A DNA stretch of 64,000 bases, taken from Candidatus Oxydemutatoraceae bacterium (GTDB lineage: Bacteria; Pseudomonadota; Gammaproteobacteria; Poriferisulfidales; Oxydemutatoraceae). This document shows, piece by piece, positions 19,038-29,662 of this stretch. The position numbers and the translations under genes were made by a program. The notes below the pieces were generated by a model that saw only the letters and a program-made list of their open reading frames with translations, ran no database searches and was not told the origin of the DNA. Position 1 is the stretch's first letter. Each line of letters opens with the position of its first letter. The stretch covers positions 128,001 to 192,000 of the forward strand of contig CBDCOZ010000002.1 of assembly GCA_965220085.1 (NCBI GenBank). Direction: 5' to 3'.

Positions 19038-19823
19038 ATGGCGATGCGCAAACGCTTCGGCCAACATTTTCTGCGCGACCCGCAGATTGTCGGGCGGATC
19101 ATAGATCTGATCACCCCGCCGCCCGATAACCGCGTGGTTGAGATAGGCCCCGGGGAAGGCGCGCTGACGCTGCCGTTGCTGCAGCGCGGCGTGTGTGTTG
19201 ATGCGATAGAGATAGACCGGGACTTGGCCGCGCGCTTGCCCAGTGTCGAGCCCGCCGCCGGTCGCCTGCGCGTGTTTTGCGAGGACGCGCTCGCTTTTGA
19301 TTTCGCATCGCTTGCCGATGCGCGCGCGATTAGGCTCATCGGCAATTTGCCATACAACATATCGACCGCGTTGTTGTTTCGCCTGATGCGTTTCCGCCCG
19401 TGTATCGGCGACATGTATTTTATGCTTCAGCGCGAGGTCGCGCATGGTTTGGCAGCGCCCGCCGGCGCCGCGGATTACTCGCGGCTGAGCGTGATGGCGG
19501 CGTATTGTTTTGAGACCGCCGTGCTGTTTGATGTGCCGCCCGCCGCGTTTCATCCGCCGCCCGCCGTTGTCTCCGCCTTTGTCCGCATGTTGCCGCGTCC
19601 GGGGGTGTCGCCGGAGAAGACAGCCGCATTGGACGCGCTCGTCAAACGCGCTTTTTCCAAACGCCGCAAGACGATTGCCAATGCGCTGGCGCCGTTGTTT
19701 GATGAGGCCGCCTGGCGGCGCATGAACATCAATCCCGCTATGCGTCCCGATGCGGTGTGCGTCGATGACTACCTTCGCATGGTAGAATATCTTTCGCTTG
19801 CGCCAAGCAATTCGGGAGAATAA
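19038..19823 (+). CDS. rsmA: 16S rRNA dimethyltransferase RsmA/KsgA
   Basis: [35 protein letters not shown]. Confidence 0.96.
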   Translation: MAMRKRFGQHFLRDPQIVGRIIDLITPPPDNRVVEIGPGEGALTLPLLQRGVCVDAIEIDRDLAARLPSVEPAAGRLRVFCEDALAFDFASLADARAIRLIGNLPYNISTALLFRLMRFRPCIGDMYFMLQREVAHGLAAPAGAADYSRLSVMAAYCFETAVLFDVPPAAFHPPPAVVSAFVRMLPRPGVSPEKTAALDALVKRAFSKRRKTIANALAPLFDEAAWRRMNINPAMRPDAVCVDDYLRMVEYLSLAPSNSGE

Positions 19824-20206
19824 TGATGACTTCAAAACGCTATGAGATCAGTGTGGATGTTGAAACACAGTATATAGAGGAACAGTCCGACAGTTCCGAG
19901 GGCCGCTATGTTTTTTCTTACCGGATAACGATTCTTAACGAGGGCAATGTCACCGCACAATTGCTTTCCAGACATTGGGTCATTACCGACTCTAATCAAA
20001 AGACACAAGAGATTCGCGGCGACGGGGTTGTCGGCGAACAACCGCGTTTGGGGCCGGGCGCGACATTCCATTACACCAGCGGCACGGTCTTGGAAACTCC
20101 TTTCGGCACGATGCGCGGCAGTTATCGGATGCTGGCCGAAGACGGCACCGAGTTTGAAGCGCCGATCAAAGAGTTCATCCTGACCGCGCCGCGCACGCTG
20201 CACTGA
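19823..20206 (+). CDS. apaG: ApaG protein
   Basis: QLLSRHWVITD, GDGVVGEQP, FHYTSG. Confidence 0.96.
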   Translation: MMTSKRYEISVDVETQYIEEQSDSSEGRYVFSYRITILNEGNVTAQLLSRHWVITDSNQKTQEIRGDGVVGEQPRLGPGATFHYTSGTVLETPFGTMRGSYRMLAEDGTEFEAPIKEFILTAPRTLH

Positions 20207-20260
20207 GGCGCGTCCGCGCCCGAACCTTTCCGGTCGCGGCGGCATTCCTGAGAGCGAACC

Positions 20261-21073
20261 ATGAGTCTTTATGCGATAGGCGATGTGCACGGTTGCTACG
20301 ACTGCTTGCAACGCTTGCTCGAGAAGATTGCTTTTGATCCGGTTGCGGATGAGTTGTGGTTTAGCGGGGACTTGGTCAATCGCGGCGATAAATCGCTTGA
20401 GGTGTTGCGCTTTGTCAAGGGGCTGGGCGCCGGCGCTGCTTGCGTTCTGGGCAATCACGAGTTCCATTTGATGCGCTTTGCTCTCGGCCTGTCCGAGACG
20501 CGCGATGCCGGTTTGCGCGCGGCGCTGGCGGCGGATGACCGCGATGAATTGCTCGAGTGGTTGTATCAGTGTCCGCTGGCGCGGGTTGCCGAGCGGCAAA
20601 AATTGATCATGGTGCACGCGGGCTTGTTGCCGCAGTGGGATGTCCGGACGGCTTTGCGTTTGTCCGACGAAGTGAGCGCGCAGCTCGCCGATGCCGATAG
20701 CAGGCAGATGTTTTTTGAAACGTTGTATGGCGACCGGCCCGACTGTTGGGACGCGAAACTTACCGGCATGGATCGCTTGCGGGTGGCGGTCAATGCGATG
20801 ACCCGCATGCGCTATCTGAATGAGCGGACGATGGCGATGGCGCTTTCGTGCACCGAGGCTCCGGGGCAACAGCCTGCGGGGCTGCGCCCTTGGTATGCCT
20901 TTGCGCATCCGCGCGAGGGCTATACGACGCTTTACGGGCATTGGGCGAGTCAGGGGTTTCGGCGCGGGAGCGATACCATCGCTTTGGATTCGGCGTGTGT
21001 TTGGGGGGAGCGGCTCAGCGCTATGCGCCTGGATGACGGGCGCGAGCGGTTGTTTCAGGTTGAATGCGGCTGA
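20261..21073 (+). CDS. apaH: Symmetrical diadenosine tetraphosphatase
   Basis: YAIGDVHGC, GDLVNRG, LGNHE, GHWA, LDSACVWG. Confidence 0.95.
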   Translation: MSLYAIGDVHGCYDCLQRLLEKIAFDPVADELWFSGDLVNRGDKSLEVLRFVKGLGAGAACVLGNHEFHLMRFALGLSETRDAGLRAALAADDRDELLEWLYQCPLARVAERQKLIMVHAGLLPQWDVRTALRLSDEVSAQLADADSRQMFFETLYGDRPDCWDAKLTGMDRLRVAVNAMTRMRYLNERTMAMALSCTEAPGQQPAGLRPWYAFAHPREGYTTLYGHWASQGFRRGSDTIALDSACVWGERLSAMRLDDGRERLFQVECG

Positions 21074-21074
21074 T

Positions 21075-21569
21075 TCAAGCGGCGCGCAAGATGCGCTCCA
21101 GCTTCTCAAAGCGCATAGCGTAGTCGTTGTTCTCATCCGCCGCGTGTTCGCCATCGGCGCAGACCGTCCATTCGCTTTCATCGATTTGCGGGAAGTAAGT
21201 ATCGCCTGCTATGGTCACATCCAGGCGCGTTCGGTAGATGCGTTGTGCCCGGCCCAAAAAGAGCCGGTAGGTCTCGGCGCCGCCGATGACAAAGCATTCG
21301 CGAGAGCCGATCAGTTCGCCTAGCGCAGCGGGGGAAGAGATGACTTCGCACGCGGGCGGCGCCGCGATGCCGCTGCGGCTCAGGATGATATTGCGCCGCC
21401 CCGGCAATGGTTTTGCCAGCGATTGAAAGGTCTTTCTGCCCATGACGATAGGGTGTCCCAAGGTGATTTTCTTGAAGCGTCGCAAGTCGGCGGACAGGCG
21501 CCACGGCATCTTTCCGTTCATGCCGATCACACGGTTTTGCGAATAGCAGGCGATGATGGAAAGGTTCAT
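21075..21569 (-). CDS. folA: Dihydrofolate reductase
   Basis: MPWRLSADL, IVMGRKTFQSL..PLPGRRN, IGGAETY, GDTYFP. Confidence 0.96.
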   Translation of the reverse strand: MNLSIIACYSQNRVIGMNGKMPWRLSADLRRFKKITLGHPIVMGRKTFQSLAKPLPGRRNIILSRSGIAAPPACEVISSPAALGELIGSRECFVIGGAETYRLFLGRAQRIYRTRLDVTIAGDTYFPQIDESEWTVCADGEHAADENNDYAMRFEKLERILRAA

Positions 21570-21571
21570 GT

Positions 21572-22366
21572 TCAAACCGCAACGGGGGCCGCGATGTGAT
21601 CGTGCGGCCGATAGTTTTGCAACACGATATCTTCGTAGCGAAATGCAAACAGGTCTTTGCGGTCGGGGTTTAGTTCCAATGTCGGCAAGGGCTTGGGTTC
21701 GCGCCCGAGTTGCGTTTTTGCCTGTTCGATATGGTTGCAATACAGGTGCGCATCGCCGAGGGCATGTATCAACTCGCCGCAACCGAGACCGCACACTTGC
21801 GCCATCATCTTTAACAGCAGGGCATAGGATGCGATGTTGAACGGCACGCCGAGAAAGACATCGGCGCTGCGCTGGTAGAACTGACACGATAACTTGCCGT
21901 CCGCGACATAGAACTGCATCAGCACATGGCACGGCAGCAGACGCATCTGCGCCAGCTCGCCGACATTCCACGCGCTGACGAGCATGCGTCTGGAATCGGG
22001 GTCGCTGCGAATCGTATCTATCACTTGCCGCAACTGGTCGATGTGCGCGCCGTCGGCCGTGCCCCAGCGCCGCCATTGTTTGCCGTAGATGGGGCCGAGC
22101 TCGCCGTTTTCATCGGCCCACTCGTCCCATATGGACACGCCGTTTTGTTTCAGGTAGGCGGTGTTGGTGTCGCCTTTTAGAAACCACAACAACTCGTGCG
22201 CGACGGATTTGAAATGCAATTTTTTTGTCGTCAGCAACGGGAAGCCGTCGTCCGGCGAATAGCGCGATTGCCAACCGAACAGGGAGAGCGTTCCGGTGCC
22301 GGTGCGATCGGTTTTTTGGGCGCCGGAACAAAGAACGGATTCGAGAAGTTTGAGATAGGTGCGCAC
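21572..22366 (-). CDS. thyA: Thymidylate synthase
   Basis: [36 protein letters not shown]. Confidence 0.97.
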   Translation of the reverse strand: MRTYLKLLESVLCSGAQKTDRTGTGTLSLFGWQSRYSPDDGFPLLTTKKLHFKSVAHELLWFLKGDTNTAYLKQNGVSIWDEWADENGELGPIYGKQWRRWGTADGAHIDQLRQVIDTIRSDPDSRRMLVSAWNVGELAQMRLLPCHVLMQFYVADGKLSCQFYQRSADVFLGVPFNIASYALLLKMMAQVCGLGCGELIHALGDAHLYCNHIEQAKTQLGREPKPLPTLELNPDRKDLFAFRYEDIVLQNYRPHDHIAAPVAV

Positions 22367-22410
22367 TGGTCCGAATTGAGTAAGCGATAAATTCTAGCAC
22401 ACTGTTATCA

Positions 22411-22829
22411 TTCCCCCTCGCCGCATCGCCCATCGCTTTCGGCTCGTGCTCTGCGACTCTCCCGCGAGGGGAGAGTGATACTCGCACGAACAATACTCTC
22501 CCCTCGCGGGAGAGTCAATGTGGCGAAGCCACATTGGAGAGGGGGGATGCTTCTATCTCGCGCTACCGTCGTGCAAGCCGGAAGCTTTCCCCCTCGCCGC
22601 ATCGTCCATCGCCTTCGGCTCGTGCTCTGCGACTCTCCCGCGAGGGAGAGTGATACTCGCACGAACAATACTCTCCCCTCGCGGGAGAGTCAATGTGGCG
22701 AAGCCACATTGGAGAGGGGGGATGCTTCTATCTCGCGCTACCGTCGTGCAAGCCGGAAGTTTTCCCCCTCGCCGCATCGCCCATCGCCTTCGGCTCGTGC
22801 TCTGCGACTCTCCCGCGAGGGGAGAGTGA
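22411..22829. repeat. About 2.4 tandem copies of a 175-176 bp palindromic REP/MITE-like unit
   Basis: Units start at 22411, 22587 and 22762; each has an inverted GACTCTCCCGCGAGGG(G)AGAGT pair and a CAATGTGGC-GAA-GCCACATTG hairpin. Confidence 0.92.
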
Positions 22830-22874
22830 CGCGCACTGACACTGTGCGAGGAGGGAGTGATTACGGCGGTGCGA

Positions 22875-23660
22875 TCAGCGCGGCGCTCGGTTCGGGTTTG
22901 CAAACAACAGCCACACTCCGAGCAGGAATAACGGCACAGACAGCGCTTGTCCGATCGTCAGCCAGCCCCAGGCGATGAAACCGATGTGGGCATCGGGTTC
23001 GCGGAAAAATTCGACCGCAAACCGCGCCGCTGCGTAGAGGATCGCAAACCACGCGCTGACCCGCCCGAGCGCTCTCGGTTTGCGCGAGTAAATCCACAAC
23101 ACGACAAACAACACGACCCCTTCAAAAAAGAATTCGTACAGTTGCGACGGGTGGCGCGGCAGCGGGCCGGCGCGGGGGAAGACCATCGCCCACGGCGCGT
23201 CGCTGACGCGCCCCCACAATTCGCCGTTTATGAAATTGCCGATACGACCGGCCCCCAGTCCAATCGGGACTAATGGTGCGGTGAAGTCCGTTACCTCAAG
23301 GAAGCGAAGCTTATTTTTGCCGGCAAAAACCCACAGCGCGAGCAGTACGCCGACGAGTCCGCCGTGGAAGCTCATGCCGCCTTCCCAGATAAAAAATATG
23401 CTGATAGGGTCGGCGAGCAATGCGCCGAAGTTATACGCGAGCATATAGCCGACCCGCCCGCCGACGATGGCGCCGATGATGCCGCAGAAAAGCAGGTCGC
23501 TGACTTGCTCGCGCGCGATCTCTGCGCGGGGGGCTTTGGCGCGATGGTGTCCGAGCGCCAGGAACGCGCCGAAGCCGAGCAAGTACATCAGGCCGTACCA
23601 GTGAACCCGAAGCGGCCCGATGGCGATGGCAACGGGGTCAATCTGCGGGTATTCAAGCAT
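22875..23660 (-). CDS. lgt: Prolipoprotein diacylglyceryl transferase
   Basis: HWYGLMY, GGMSFHGG, GRIGNFINGELWGR, HPSQLYE. Confidence 0.97.
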   Translation of the reverse strand: MLEYPQIDPVAIAIGPLRVHWYGLMYLLGFGAFLALGHHRAKAPRAEIAREQVSDLLFCGIIGAIVGGRVGYMLAYNFGALLADPISIFFIWEGGMSFHGGLVGVLLALWVFAGKNKLRFLEVTDFTAPLVPIGLGAGRIGNFINGELWGRVSDAPWAMVFPRAGPLPRHPSQLYEFFFEGVVLFVVLWIYSRKPRALGRVSAWFAILYAAARFAVEFFREPDAHIGFIAWGWLTIGQALSVPLFLLGVWLLFANPNRAPR

Positions 23661-23720
23661 GTTTGTCCGGCGCTAAGTAAATTGCTTGCTTCATATCAGT
23701 CCGTTATTATAATGGCAATT

Positions 23721-24749
23721 ATGGACAAGAAGCTTTTTTGCATCATGGAGCAGGGTGCGTTGATAAACCAAGAACTCACGCTCGAACGCAAGCGGCAGTT
23801 TGCCAAGCCCTATTGCGACTTCTATCGCGTCAACTGGCATAGGCGAGGCGACCCCAACGCGCAATGGACGCTGAAATATTCCCAAGTGTCCGAGAATCGC
23901 AACTTCATGTATGAGAAGACCCGCGGCAAGTACGAATACTATATATTCTCCGACGATGATATTCGTTTCAGCGCCGCGGACGGCGGCGATGTGGCGGAGG
24001 CGATCAAACGCGATCTCTTGGACTATCGGCCGGTTTTTGCCGGCTTCTTTTCTGCTTTGCGATACAAAAAGCCGCTGGACAGAACGCAGCGCGTCAAGTG
24101 CGGGGTCATCCACGATATGGATTGCATCGTTTGCAACGCAAGTTTTGCCGACGCTTGTTTTCCGGTTATTTATCACGGTGTCGATTGGACGCAGGATTAT
24201 ATGTACTACCTCGCCTTGCGACTGTGCCCCGAGAAGTACCATATTTATTTGGATGTGGAAGCGCAAAACACCCGCTACCATTGGCTCGATGCCGAGACCC
24301 CGCACCACAACAACCCGTTTGATGTGCGCCCCGACCTGATCAAACTGGCGTTGCCCGAACACCGGCAAGGGATGGAGGAATATTTTGAGTTTCGCCACAG
24401 GTGTTTCAACGACCAGGGTTTTAGGGAAGAGAACAAAGTGTTCGGCATGTGGTTCAACGAAGACTGCGCGCCGGATAGCGCGCCGCGAGATATCACGCCG
24501 GCCGAAGTTGGCACGGTGCTCAATGTCAAGCATCCGGACTTTGTCAATAGAAAAGTTCGGCTGTCGTTTTCTGACCGCGCCAAGCGGCTCTATTTGCGCA
24601 AAATGTTCCACCGGTGGTTCGCCGCGCGCTGCCCGCGCGATTCCGTCATCCGCCGCGCTCTGCGTTTCGTATTTCCGCTGAATACGCGGATATGGATGTT
24701 GTGCGCCTATGCCAGAGTCGTATCTTTTTGTTTGCGGCTGAGTCGCTAA
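23721..24749 (+). CDS. Putative GT-A fold glycosyltransferase
   Basis: RN...YEYYIFSDDDIRF DxD motif; basic hydrophobic C-terminal tail; start chosen after TATAAT at 23708. Confidence 0.55.
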   Translation: MDKKLFCIMEQGALINQELTLERKRQFAKPYCDFYRVNWHRRGDPNAQWTLKYSQVSENRNFMYEKTRGKYEYYIFSDDDIRFSAADGGDVAEAIKRDLLDYRPVFAGFFSALRYKKPLDRTQRVKCGVIHDMDCIVCNASFADACFPVIYHGVDWTQDYMYYLALRLCPEKYHIYLDVEAQNTRYHWLDAETPHHNNPFDVRPDLIKLALPEHRQGMEEYFEFRHRCFNDQGFREENKVFGMWFNEDCAPDSAPRDITPAEVGTVLNVKHPDFVNRKVRLSFSDRAKRLYLRKMFHRWFAARCPRDSVIRRALRFVFPLNTRIWMLCAYARVVSFCLRLSR

Positions 24750-24831
24750 AGCGTCCGCGCGGCGGTTGTCGTTCTGTCGTTATGCGCCGACAGATACGCC
24801 GGATATTCTCAGCGCAAGAAAATCATTGCGC

Positions 24832-24908
24832 TGGTCGGAGTGAGAGGATTTGAACCTCCGACCCCTGCCTCCCGAAGGCAGTACTCTACCAAGCTGAGCT
24901 ACACTCCG
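24832..24908 (-). tRNA. tRNA-Pro(CGG)
   Basis: Cloverleaf CGGAGTG...CTGCC-TT-CGG-GA-GGCAG...GGTTCAAATCC...CACTCCGACCA. Confidence 0.96.
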
Positions 24909-24938
24909 ATCAATTTGTTGCGGCAGTCAGCGCGCACA

Positions 24939-25703
24939 TTATACATTTTGCGCCCGCGATTGTCGCGCGACCTCGGGCGGCAACTGCGCGAGAATGGCTT
25001 CGCGGCACGCATCGGCCAGCTCGCGCCGGCCCCTCTTGGCAGCCGCGACCGGCTCGGCAAAGCTGACGCGGACATCGGTATTTTTGCACCGCAATATCGC
25101 CGCCGCATGGGCAAAAACGGATTGCTCGCGGACAAACGGCACCAGCGGATTGACCCCGTTCGCGGCGGGGTAATGTATCGCGACGGGTTGCACCATGTTG
25201 CCGGTGTCGATGGCGGCGGCGAACAGGCGCGGAAAGAACGCCTTGACCAGCGCGCCGTTTGACGTCGTGCCTTCGGGAAATACCACCGTGCTGATATTGC
25301 TTTGCAGCCGCTTGGCGATGGCTTCGCATGCCGCGCCCGCGCCGTCGCCGCGGGTGATAAAGATGGTGCCGAAATGGGATGCGATGCCGCCGAACAAAAA
25401 CCAGTTTCTCACCTCGGCTTTTGACAAAAAGCACGAGGTGCGCAAGCTGCCGAGCACGAGGATGTCCAACCACGATATGTGGTTTGAGACCAGCAACGGC
25501 GCGTCGGGGTGCGGGCTCCCCCGCACTTGAATGCGCACACCGAGCAGACGCAGTTGCGCCCGCATAAGCCATGTAATCAGCGCGCTTTGGAAGGCGGTGA
25601 AACGGGTGTTGCCGGGTGCGCCGAGCAACGGACTGATAGCGGCGGCGAGCAGGACATGCAGGCACGAACCGATGAAGCGAAGCGCAAAACGCATGTGGGT
25701 CAT
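24939..25703 (-). CDS. Lysophospholipid acyltransferase (PlsC/OlsA-like)
   Basis: SNHISWLDI (HX4D), [14 protein letters not shown]. Confidence 0.9.
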   Translation of the reverse strand: MTHMRFALRFIGSCLHVLLAAAISPLLGAPGNTRFTAFQSALITWLMRAQLRLLGVRIQVRGSPHPDAPLLVSNHISWLDILVLGSLRTSCFLSKAEVRNWFLFGGIASHFGTIFITRGDGAGAACEAIAKRLQSNISTVVFPEGTTSNGALVKAFFPRLFAAAIDTGNMVQPVAIHYPAANGVNPLVPFVREQSVFAHAAAILRCKNTDVRVSFAEPVAAAKRGRRELADACREAILAQLPPEVARQSRAQNV

Positions 25704-27772
25704 TCTTTTATGCCGACGGCCGAGTCTTGCAGGTGTTTTTGCAGCGTTGCAAAATCCTCAATCGGCTCGCGGCAGGTCGCCCCGCGGCACGGGTAGGCGC
25801 AGGCTGTTGCGCGCGGCAACTTATCCGCCATCCCTTCAATGGTCAATTTCTCTGCGCTCGGTATCGCAAAGCAGATCCGCAACGGGTTATAGCGGAGCGC
25901 TGTTTGCGCAAGCCATCGTTCGCACTCGGCAGCGGGGGCGCGGATGATCAATGTTTCCGACAAGTCGTCTTGCTCAAGCGCGGCTTTGAGCAGGCCGGCG
26001 TGATTCTCCGGCGAGCGCGTGATAGCGCCGCCGGCTTGGGCGATTGCTCTTGCGGCGGCGCTCAGATATTTTTCGTTGCCGAGAATATTGCCCAATGTGG
26101 TCAGCGCGCCCGCGGCGGCGCCATAGCCCGAGGGTGTCGCTTCATCGGCCAGTATGCGCGGGCGCTGGAGCAGCGTCTCGTGGTCGTGGGAGGTGAAAAA
26201 GAACCCGCCTTGTTCGGTATCTTCAAACCGCGCAATCAAGGTGTCGGCAAGTTCGCAGGCGAAGATAAAATAGTCGCTGTTCCATCGGCTTTGGCAGACT
26301 TCGAGTATCGCGTCGATTAAAAACGCGTAATCGTCCAGATACGCGTTTAACTTTGGCTCGCCTCCGTTCCACGATGCCAACAGACGCCCGTCCCGCCACA
26401 TGGCGCGGCGGATAAATTCCAGCGCGCAGACCGCCGATGACAGATATTCTTTTTTGCCGAGCAAGCGGGCGGCTTGTGCCATGGCTTTGATCATCAGCCC
26501 GTTCCATGCGGTCAATACCTTGTCATCGCGCGCCGGTCGTATCCTTTGCTCGCGCTGTTTGAGCAACCGGCTCTGTCCGCGCCGCAGCAGCTCGCGGATG
26601 TCATCTTCCGCGGCGGCAAACCGTTCGGCAAGCTCGGCGATCGTGCGCTTTTGATAGAGATGCCAGCGCCCTTCAAAGTTCGGGAGATCGTCCAGGCCGA
26701 AGCGGGCGGCATACGCGGGGTAGTCTTGCCGCAGAAGGCTTTTTACTTCTTGCGGGTCCCAGACATAGTATTTGCCTTCGACGCCCTCCGAGTCGGCATC
26801 CAGCGCCGAGTAAAAACCGCCTTGCGGGGATTGCATCTCGCGCATGACCCATCGCGCGGTGTCGTCGGCGCACTCTGACAGCAGCGCATCGCCGGATAGG
26901 CGCCAGGCTTGCGCTAACAGTCCCAGCAAGCCCGCATTGTCGTAAAGCATCTTCTCAAAATGCGGGATCAGCCATTTCTCGTCTACCGAGTAGCGGCAAA
27001 ATCCGCCGCCGAGTTGGTCGCAGATTCCGCCGCGACAAACTTTCTCAAGCGTAAATAACGCCATGTGCAAGGCGCGGCTGTCGTCGTTGCGAGCGGCGTG
27101 TCTGAGCAGCAACTCGATGTAATGACAGTTCGGAAACTTCGGTTCGTTGCCGAATCCGCCGTGTTGCGGATCAAATAATTTGCCCAGATTGGCGACCGCT
27201 TGTTGTGCGAGCGCCGCCGCCGCGGGCATCGTGTCGGTTGCGGCGGCAGAGAATATGTCGCCGAGCGATCGGCGCACCGCTTCCCTATGGTCGTGCAACG
27301 CGTTCTTGTTGGCGTGATAGTACTCGTGCGCGCGTCTGAGCACATCCTTGAAAGGCGGCAAGCCGTGGCGTTGCTCTTTGGGGAAATAGGTGCCGCCGAA
27401 GAAAGGCGTTTGGTCTTGCGGCAGGAGAAACATGGTCAAGGGCCAGCCGCCGGAACGCTGTGTGATCAGTATTTGCGCGGTCTGATAAATCTTATCCAAG
27501 TCGGGCCGCTCTTCGCGATCCACTTTGATATTGACAAAGAGTTCGTTCATCACCGCGGCGGTCTCTTCGTCTTCAAACGATTCGTGCGCCATGACGTGAC
27601 ACCAATGGCACGCCGAGTAGCCGATGGATAACAGTATCGGTTTGTCTTGTTCGCGCGCGACATCCAGCGCGGCTTGGTTCCACGGGCGCCACGCCACCGG
27701 ATTGTCCGCGTGTTGCAACAGGTAGGGGCTGGTTTCCTGTGCGAGGCGGTTGATGTGTTTTTGCGTTGACAT
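25700..27772 (-). CDS. YyaL/SPATA20-like thioredoxin-domain protein (DUF255)
   Basis: [40 protein letters not shown]. Confidence 0.93.
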   Translation of the reverse strand: MSTQKHINRLAQETSPYLLQHADNPVAWRPWNQAALDVAREQDKPILLSIGYSACHWCHVMAHESFEDEETAAVMNELFVNIKVDREERPDLDKIYQTAQILITQRSGGWPLTMFLLPQDQTPFFGGTYFPKEQRHGLPPFKDVLRRAHEYYHANKNALHDHREAVRRSLGDIFSAAATDTMPAAAALAQQAVANLGKLFDPQHGGFGNEPKFPNCHYIELLLRHAARNDDSRALHMALFTLEKVCRGGICDQLGGGFCRYSVDEKWLIPHFEKMLYDNAGLLGLLAQAWRLSGDALLSECADDTARWVMREMQSPQGGFYSALDADSEGVEGKYYVWDPQEVKSLLRQDYPAYAARFGLDDLPNFEGRWHLYQKRTIAELAERFAAAEDDIRELLRRGQSRLLKQREQRIRPARDDKVLTAWNGLMIKAMAQAARLLGKKEYLSSAVCALEFIRRAMWRDGRLLASWNGGEPKLNAYLDDYAFLIDAILEVCQSRWNSDYFIFACELADTLIARFEDTEQGGFFFTSHDHETLLQRPRILADEATPSGYGAAAGALTTLGNILGNEKYLSAAARAIAQAGGAITRSPENHAGLLKAALEQDDLSETLIIRAPAAECERWLAQTALRYNPLRICFAIPSAEKLTIEGMADKLPRATACAYPCRGATCREPIEDFATLQKHLQDSAVGIKE

Positions 27773-27861
27773 AGGGCGGGGTCTGGCAAGCCGGTGCGTA
27801 AGTTGTATAATTCATCTTACTACGATTTCTCTGTTTCTGGCATTATTCGTCATTCATTATT

Positions 27862-28701
27862 ATGGTGATCACCCGCGATGTTCCGTTTGTAGCGGTTATT
27901 AACCCGCCTGTGCTCGGCGCCCGCCGTCGCAAACGCCTTGAGGCGCATCTGCCGACATGCCGCGGTCGCATTCCGTCGGTGAAGTACATGGGCGTGAACA
28001 AAAACCACCTTGATATCAGGGGCTGGAACAGCCCGTTGCTGCGCGATGAGCGCGGCTTTTTTATCCGCTCAAAATTGGCGCTGGGGCTGGAGCCGCATGT
28101 TAAAGACTTCAAGAAAGAGTACGGGCATTACTTTCGGGTCGGCCCGCGCGATGTTCCGATGGAGAAAGCATCCGCGGGGACTGTCGCGATGATCGCTTGT
28201 GCGATATCTCATATTCAGGTTTGGGAGTATGTCGCGCGCGAACTGGAAGACGATCAGGCGGCGTTGATTCTTGAAGACGATGTGTTTCTGAGCAGAGACC
28301 AATCCTTTGACACAGTGCGGATGCCCGCAGAGGCGGACATACTGTATCAATCGCACAGGGTGACGCCGGGCGAAGCGTATGACGAAGAGTTTTTTCGGGT
28401 CAAAGCTTCCGCATCCGGGGCCTACACGTACTTTCTGACCGCAAAAGGGGCGAACAAGTTATGCGCCGCTTTGTTGCCGGCGCCGGATTGTCGCGATATC
28501 GATATGGAGATGTTCCGCGAGTGGGCTTTGGATCGCGACCTATACAAAGTGTTTGCCGCCCCGAAGATGAATGTTCGCCACGCGATGGGGGGAAGGTCTC
28601 TGATAAAGGAAGAGCCCGTGCGCCGCTGCCGCTTGGGAAAGAAATTATGGCAATATATGCTTTTGTCCCTGCGGGGCATAAAAAATAAAGTGTTAGAATA
28701 A
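27862..28701 (+). CDS. Glycosyltransferase family 25-like protein
   Basis: ACAISHIQVW...ALILEDDV, YFLTAKGANKL. Confidence 0.75.
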   Translation: MVITRDVPFVAVINPPVLGARRRKRLEAHLPTCRGRIPSVKYMGVNKNHLDIRGWNSPLLRDERGFFIRSKLALGLEPHVKDFKKEYGHYFRVGPRDVPMEKASAGTVAMIACAISHIQVWEYVARELEDDQAALILEDDVFLSRDQSFDTVRMPAEADILYQSHRVTPGEAYDEEFFRVKASASGAYTYFLTAKGANKLCAALLPAPDCRDIDMEMFREWALDRDLYKVFAAPKMNVRHAMGGRSLIKEEPVRRCRLGKKLWQYMLLSLRGIKNKVLE

Positions 28702-28744
28702 ATGCTTTTGCGGATTTGAGCGTATTGTTCGGAGGAAGAAAATT

Positions 28745-29077
28745 ATGGCGGATAATGACATAACAAGCAAAGCAAATAATGTGGTCGGCCAGTGGGATGG
28801 CGCCGATGTCAATGATCTGAAAGTTGAGTTGATGCGGGTGAAAAAGGAATTGAGAGAGCAAGAGAGCGGCGACAAGGTCGAAGTGACCGGCATCCCTCAT
28901 CGCGATCAGTTTCCCGATGACTTGAAAGATTTCACTCCCTATCTGTTATGGGGCTGTGACAAAAACGGGATGTGTCTCGTCGGTTCCGGCGCCAATCGCA
29001 CGGAGTCGGTCGAAAGCATTCGCGAGTTCTATGCGAACGATATCGCCAAGGACGCGCTGAATCGCAATCGGGAGTAA
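28745..29077 (+). CDS. Hypothetical protein
   Basis: GGAGGA RBS, plausible codon usage, 110 aa. Confidence 0.75.
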   Translation: MADNDITSKANNVVGQWDGADVNDLKVELMRVKKELREQESGDKVEVTGIPHRDQFPDDLKDFTPYLLWGCDKNGMCLVGSGANRTESVESIREFYANDIAKDALNRNRE

Positions 29078-29099
29078 ATGCCCATTCGGGTTTCGCTGC

Positions 29100-29173
29100 G
29101 GGCGCGTAGCTCAGCCGGTTAGAGCACCACCTTCACATGGTGGGGGTCGTTGGTTCGAATCCATCCGCGCCTA
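29100..29173 (+). tRNA. tRNA-Val(CAC), CCA not encoded
   Basis: GGGCGCG acceptor stem, CCACC-TT-CAC-AT-GGTGG anticodon arm, GGTTCGAATCC T arm with one stem mismatch. Confidence 0.85.
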
Positions 29174-29204
29174 TCGCCTTGTGCCTATCGCCTTGGCCCA
29201 GCAA

Positions 29205-29549
29205 TCAATAGCCGCCTTTGCGGCGGCTTTCGGGCAAGCCCGCGATGCGCCCGGCCTGCTTGCTCGGGTCTTTCGGGAACAAGTCGTACAAGTCTTTCGC
29301 GCCGACGCCTTTGTCGCCCCACTTCGCTTGCATCGCTTTGACTATGTTGCGCGTGTTGGGTTGGTTTTCGTTATTGTTGAGAAACTCCTCGCGCAAATAA
29401 TTCAGCACATCCCAATGTTTGTCCGTCAGCGCCAGATCGTCGGATCGGGCAATCGCTTCGGCGACATCGGGCGTCCAATCCTGCGCATTGAGCAGATAGC
29501 CGTTGTCATTCGTTTCGATTTCTTTGTCTTTTACCGCTAATGTCGGCAT
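29205..29549 (-). CDS. TusE/DsrC family sulfur relay paralog without cysteines
   Basis: GYL...W...A...LTDKHWDVLNYLR...LYDLFP..PSKQAGRIAGLP, ends ESRRKGGY. Confidence 0.85.
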   Translation of the reverse strand: MPTLAVKDKEIETNDNGYLLNAQDWTPDVAEAIARSDDLALTDKHWDVLNYLREEFLNNNENQPNTRNIVKAMQAKWGDKGVGAKDLYDLFPKDPSKQAGRIAGLPESRRKGGY

Positions 29550-29662
29550 CGTTTTTGTCTCCTGATAAAAGTTGAATGGATAAGTGAGGCGATAATTTTA
29601 CCACTTTCCCGTAAGCTATCCTTTTCCCTCACAAAGGCAGAGTATTGCACAGCGCTAACCAT

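Noticed and set aside
22411-22829. CRISPR array or protein-coding ORFs in the lgt-thyA gap
   Set aside because: Whole 175-bp units repeat with no variable spacers; the ORFs are just translations of the repeat.
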